A model generated the notes under the pieces. It had not been told where the DNA came from, did no database searches, and saw only the letters and a list, made by a program, of their open reading frames with translations. 64,000 nt of DNA, from assembly GCF_018977255.1 (NCBI RefSeq), contig NW_024704755.1, positions 15,438,001 to 15,502,000 on the forward strand, written 5' to 3'. The translations under genes were made by a program, and so were the position numbers. Positions 61,698 to 64,000 of the stretch are shown here, in pieces. Each line of letters opens with the position of its first letter. Position 1 is the first letter of the stretch. The DNA is from Callorhinchus milii (Eukaryota).

Positions 61698-63549
61698 TCA
61701 ATCGTGTTCCAGATACCTGGAGAATTGTAGGAGATATTTATATAACCACTGATTATTCGAGAATCCTCCAACATAGCAAACAGCAATTTCCACATTCTAA
61801 ATTATATTGTCGCGATTACCAACAACAACATTAACTTGTTTCCTTTTCATTGATAATGTTATGGGTTATAACATAAATGTAATAATTGTAAATGAAAAGA
61901 CACTGTCATTTTGAAACAAAGAAAGCCTTACCTTTCAAGCGGTTTAATTCTAATGTGGTCAACAATGAAGATGGTCAACACTATCACTACCAAAAAACAT
62001 AATATAAACCGAAAAATCATCATAACGTCGGACATTCCACCATAACCTGGAAAACAAATATCGGACTGTAAAACATTTACATGAAATCTACTCAATAATT
62101 AGCTGTATTGGGAAACTGCACATGTTCTTAGTTAATTGCTATTGGAAGCTGCAATGAGGTGGACGGATATTATAAACTGTGAATTCAATTGATCGAAAAT
62201 ATCAAATGCAAGGATTATTATTATTATTGTAACAGCGAATTGTGGTGGAAATCACCGCAGTGGCAGTTTCTCAGATATATATTCTGTTGTAGCAGTTCCC
62301 CTGAGACTGTTTTCTCAGACTCAAATGTACCAGATATAATGTGTGTCCCGACCCGAGCCATCGAGAGGGGACACCGTCGTAACCAAAACTCATTGCATTG
62401 GAAATCTACTGTCATATCCCAGTGTTAACTTCACTGCCGTCTTTATTCCAACTGAGCGTTACATCTCTCACGTAAAACACAGCCGTTTGGATGAATCTTT
62501 TTCCGATTCTCTGGGGAATATCTTCAGTGGTGTTGTGGGGCAATGTGGGGTTGAAAACGGAGCAGAATCACATTACCAGTGATCAGTGGGAAGATTAAAC
62601 TTTATTCCCAGGATTTGAATTGGATATGATTTGTTTCCTTGCAACATATTAACTGGGAAGATCATGTCGCAAGTTGTTGTGACATTACAGGGAATTAGGT
62701 AAGAAATATGAGCTTTTACAGGAAGACAAAATACATTCCATTCCAGACAGAGACATTGGAAATGGAGGCCATCATAGTCAATCATATTATCATTTGATAT
62801 ATCATCGTGCAGAAACGCCTCGAAAATACATCAAAAATGTAGGTTATTTAAAGTGCAGTAAATGTTGATATATAGGCAAAGGCTACAGCTGATCTGCACC
62901 ACACAATGCTACTGAGAGGAGGTTACCAAATGACCAGAATGTAACACCCAATTCAAAGTGAAGTATTTATCACAGAATAAGTACAAAATAGAACATAAAG
63001 CACATTTGATGTCCTCAGTTCTGACTGAGAAGAGTCGAAGGATTTGAAACTTATTAAAATAATTTAGCAGAGTAAGAGACGAAATAGTAAATTGAAATAA
63101 TGACATGTAAAGTTGAACACTATGCAGTATTCCGCAAGTGAACTATATGATTATAATTTTCTGTTTCAATTAATGGAAAAATATTTTGAATAACAATTTA
63201 GTTGACACCGATTGTCTTGAGGTTATTGGCAAATTACCTTTGTTGGATTCAGAAAAAGTGTAGACCGCAATGGCTGGAATCCAGAGGGTGACATGAGATA
63301 CCAGACAGGTATAAACAGCCCCATTCTGTGCAGGCTGTGTCTCTTCCATAGAGCTCGAAGCTTTGTAAAGTTCCTTTGAATTCTTTTCTTCAGTGAAATG
63401 TATCCCAGTTTTAAATTCTTTGCCATCTTTATTCCAGGTGAACGTTACATCTCCCGGGTAGAACTCAGCCGTTTCACACACAAGAGTCAGAGACTTTGAT
63501 GGATCTCTTTCAGAATCTCTGGGGAATATCTTCAGTGGGGTTGGGGGGA
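61698..63549 (-). CDS. Gene E: activating-type (V)-C1-TM(Arg) receptor, 3' part; leader and V expected beyond 64000
   Basis: C1 63238-63549 open (VPPTPLKIFP...CETAEFYPGD...YTCLVSHVTL...SESNK). TM exon 61932-62046 open (GYGGMSDVMMIFRFILCFLVVIVLTIFIVDHIRIKPLE). Terminal exon uncertain: 61698-61716 (RYLEHD*) or from 61266 (RRSQEETVSGD*). Confidence 0.75.
62300..62543 (-). pseudogene. Decayed second C1 exon (relic) between C1 and TM of gene E
   Basis: TPLKIFPRESEKDSS...WNKDGSEVNTGI*...YLVHLSLRKQ. Acceptor mutated (cacat). The upstream intron copy matches the true C1 acceptor flank. Confidence 0.65.
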
Positions 63550-64000
63550 CTGTAGGGCAGACAGTGGGGCAGAATCATGTTACTTGTGATCAGTTGGAAT
63601 ATAACATTTGATTCACATTTAAGTTGTATAATAACTGTTTCCCAGGAAATTATAACAAGGAATCTGGATTGTAATGGCAAGAAAGTGCAGTTTTACAAAT
63701 GTGTTTGTGTCTTTTGTTTTGAATGATGTGTTCAGTTTAGGTGATATAATAGCCTTGGAGGTGCTAAAGAAGTGAAGGAATTCATAATCTTAATATTGTG
63801 GCTCTCAGAAATGATGCGGAACCCTTCTCATCACATGGAATATTGTGAAGTTGCGGAATCCAGTCCCACAAGTGGCCTGAGATTCAGAATCAAGTTTCAC
63901 CATCAATAGAGATATAAGCAAAACCTCCCCATTCACACCAACATTAATTTTGTTCTGCTATATTTCTTTAAATTTTATAAGTTTCCAATTTACAAAAGTT

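Overview
Vertebrate genomic DNA, most likely a cartilaginous fish (inferred from the mix of Deu-domain SINE, L2, CR1 and Penelope repeats). The window is a minus-strand tandem array of non-rearranging immunoglobulin-superfamily receptor genes. Their architecture is leader - germline-joined VJ-type V domain (NKp30/NCR3-like end, GNGTGSRLxV) - C1-set domain - TM - tail. Manual splicing gives two classes sharing the same type of ectodomain. Inhibitory type: uncharged TM plus four cytoplasmic exons with ITIM/ITSM-like tyrosines (gene B 15852-25189, intact, 407 aa; gene D 44515-51218, 353 aa, nonsense codon in the last exon). Activating type: TM with Arg and a very short tail (gene E 61698-63549, running off the window; two damaged copies at 9-12 kb and 37-41 kb). 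Gene A runs off the left edge, and two decayed inhibitory-type remnants lie at 29.9 kb and 54.4-58.7 kb. The genes form a three-gene cassette of about 25-28 kb repeated three times. Intergenic and intronic DNA holds tRNA-Ala-headed DeuSINEs, L2, CR1, Tx1/L1 and Penelope fragments, a solo LTR, GA-rich tracts and three N gaps. Exon coordinates were derived by hand from GT-AG sites and frame continuity; no expression data or database searches were available.
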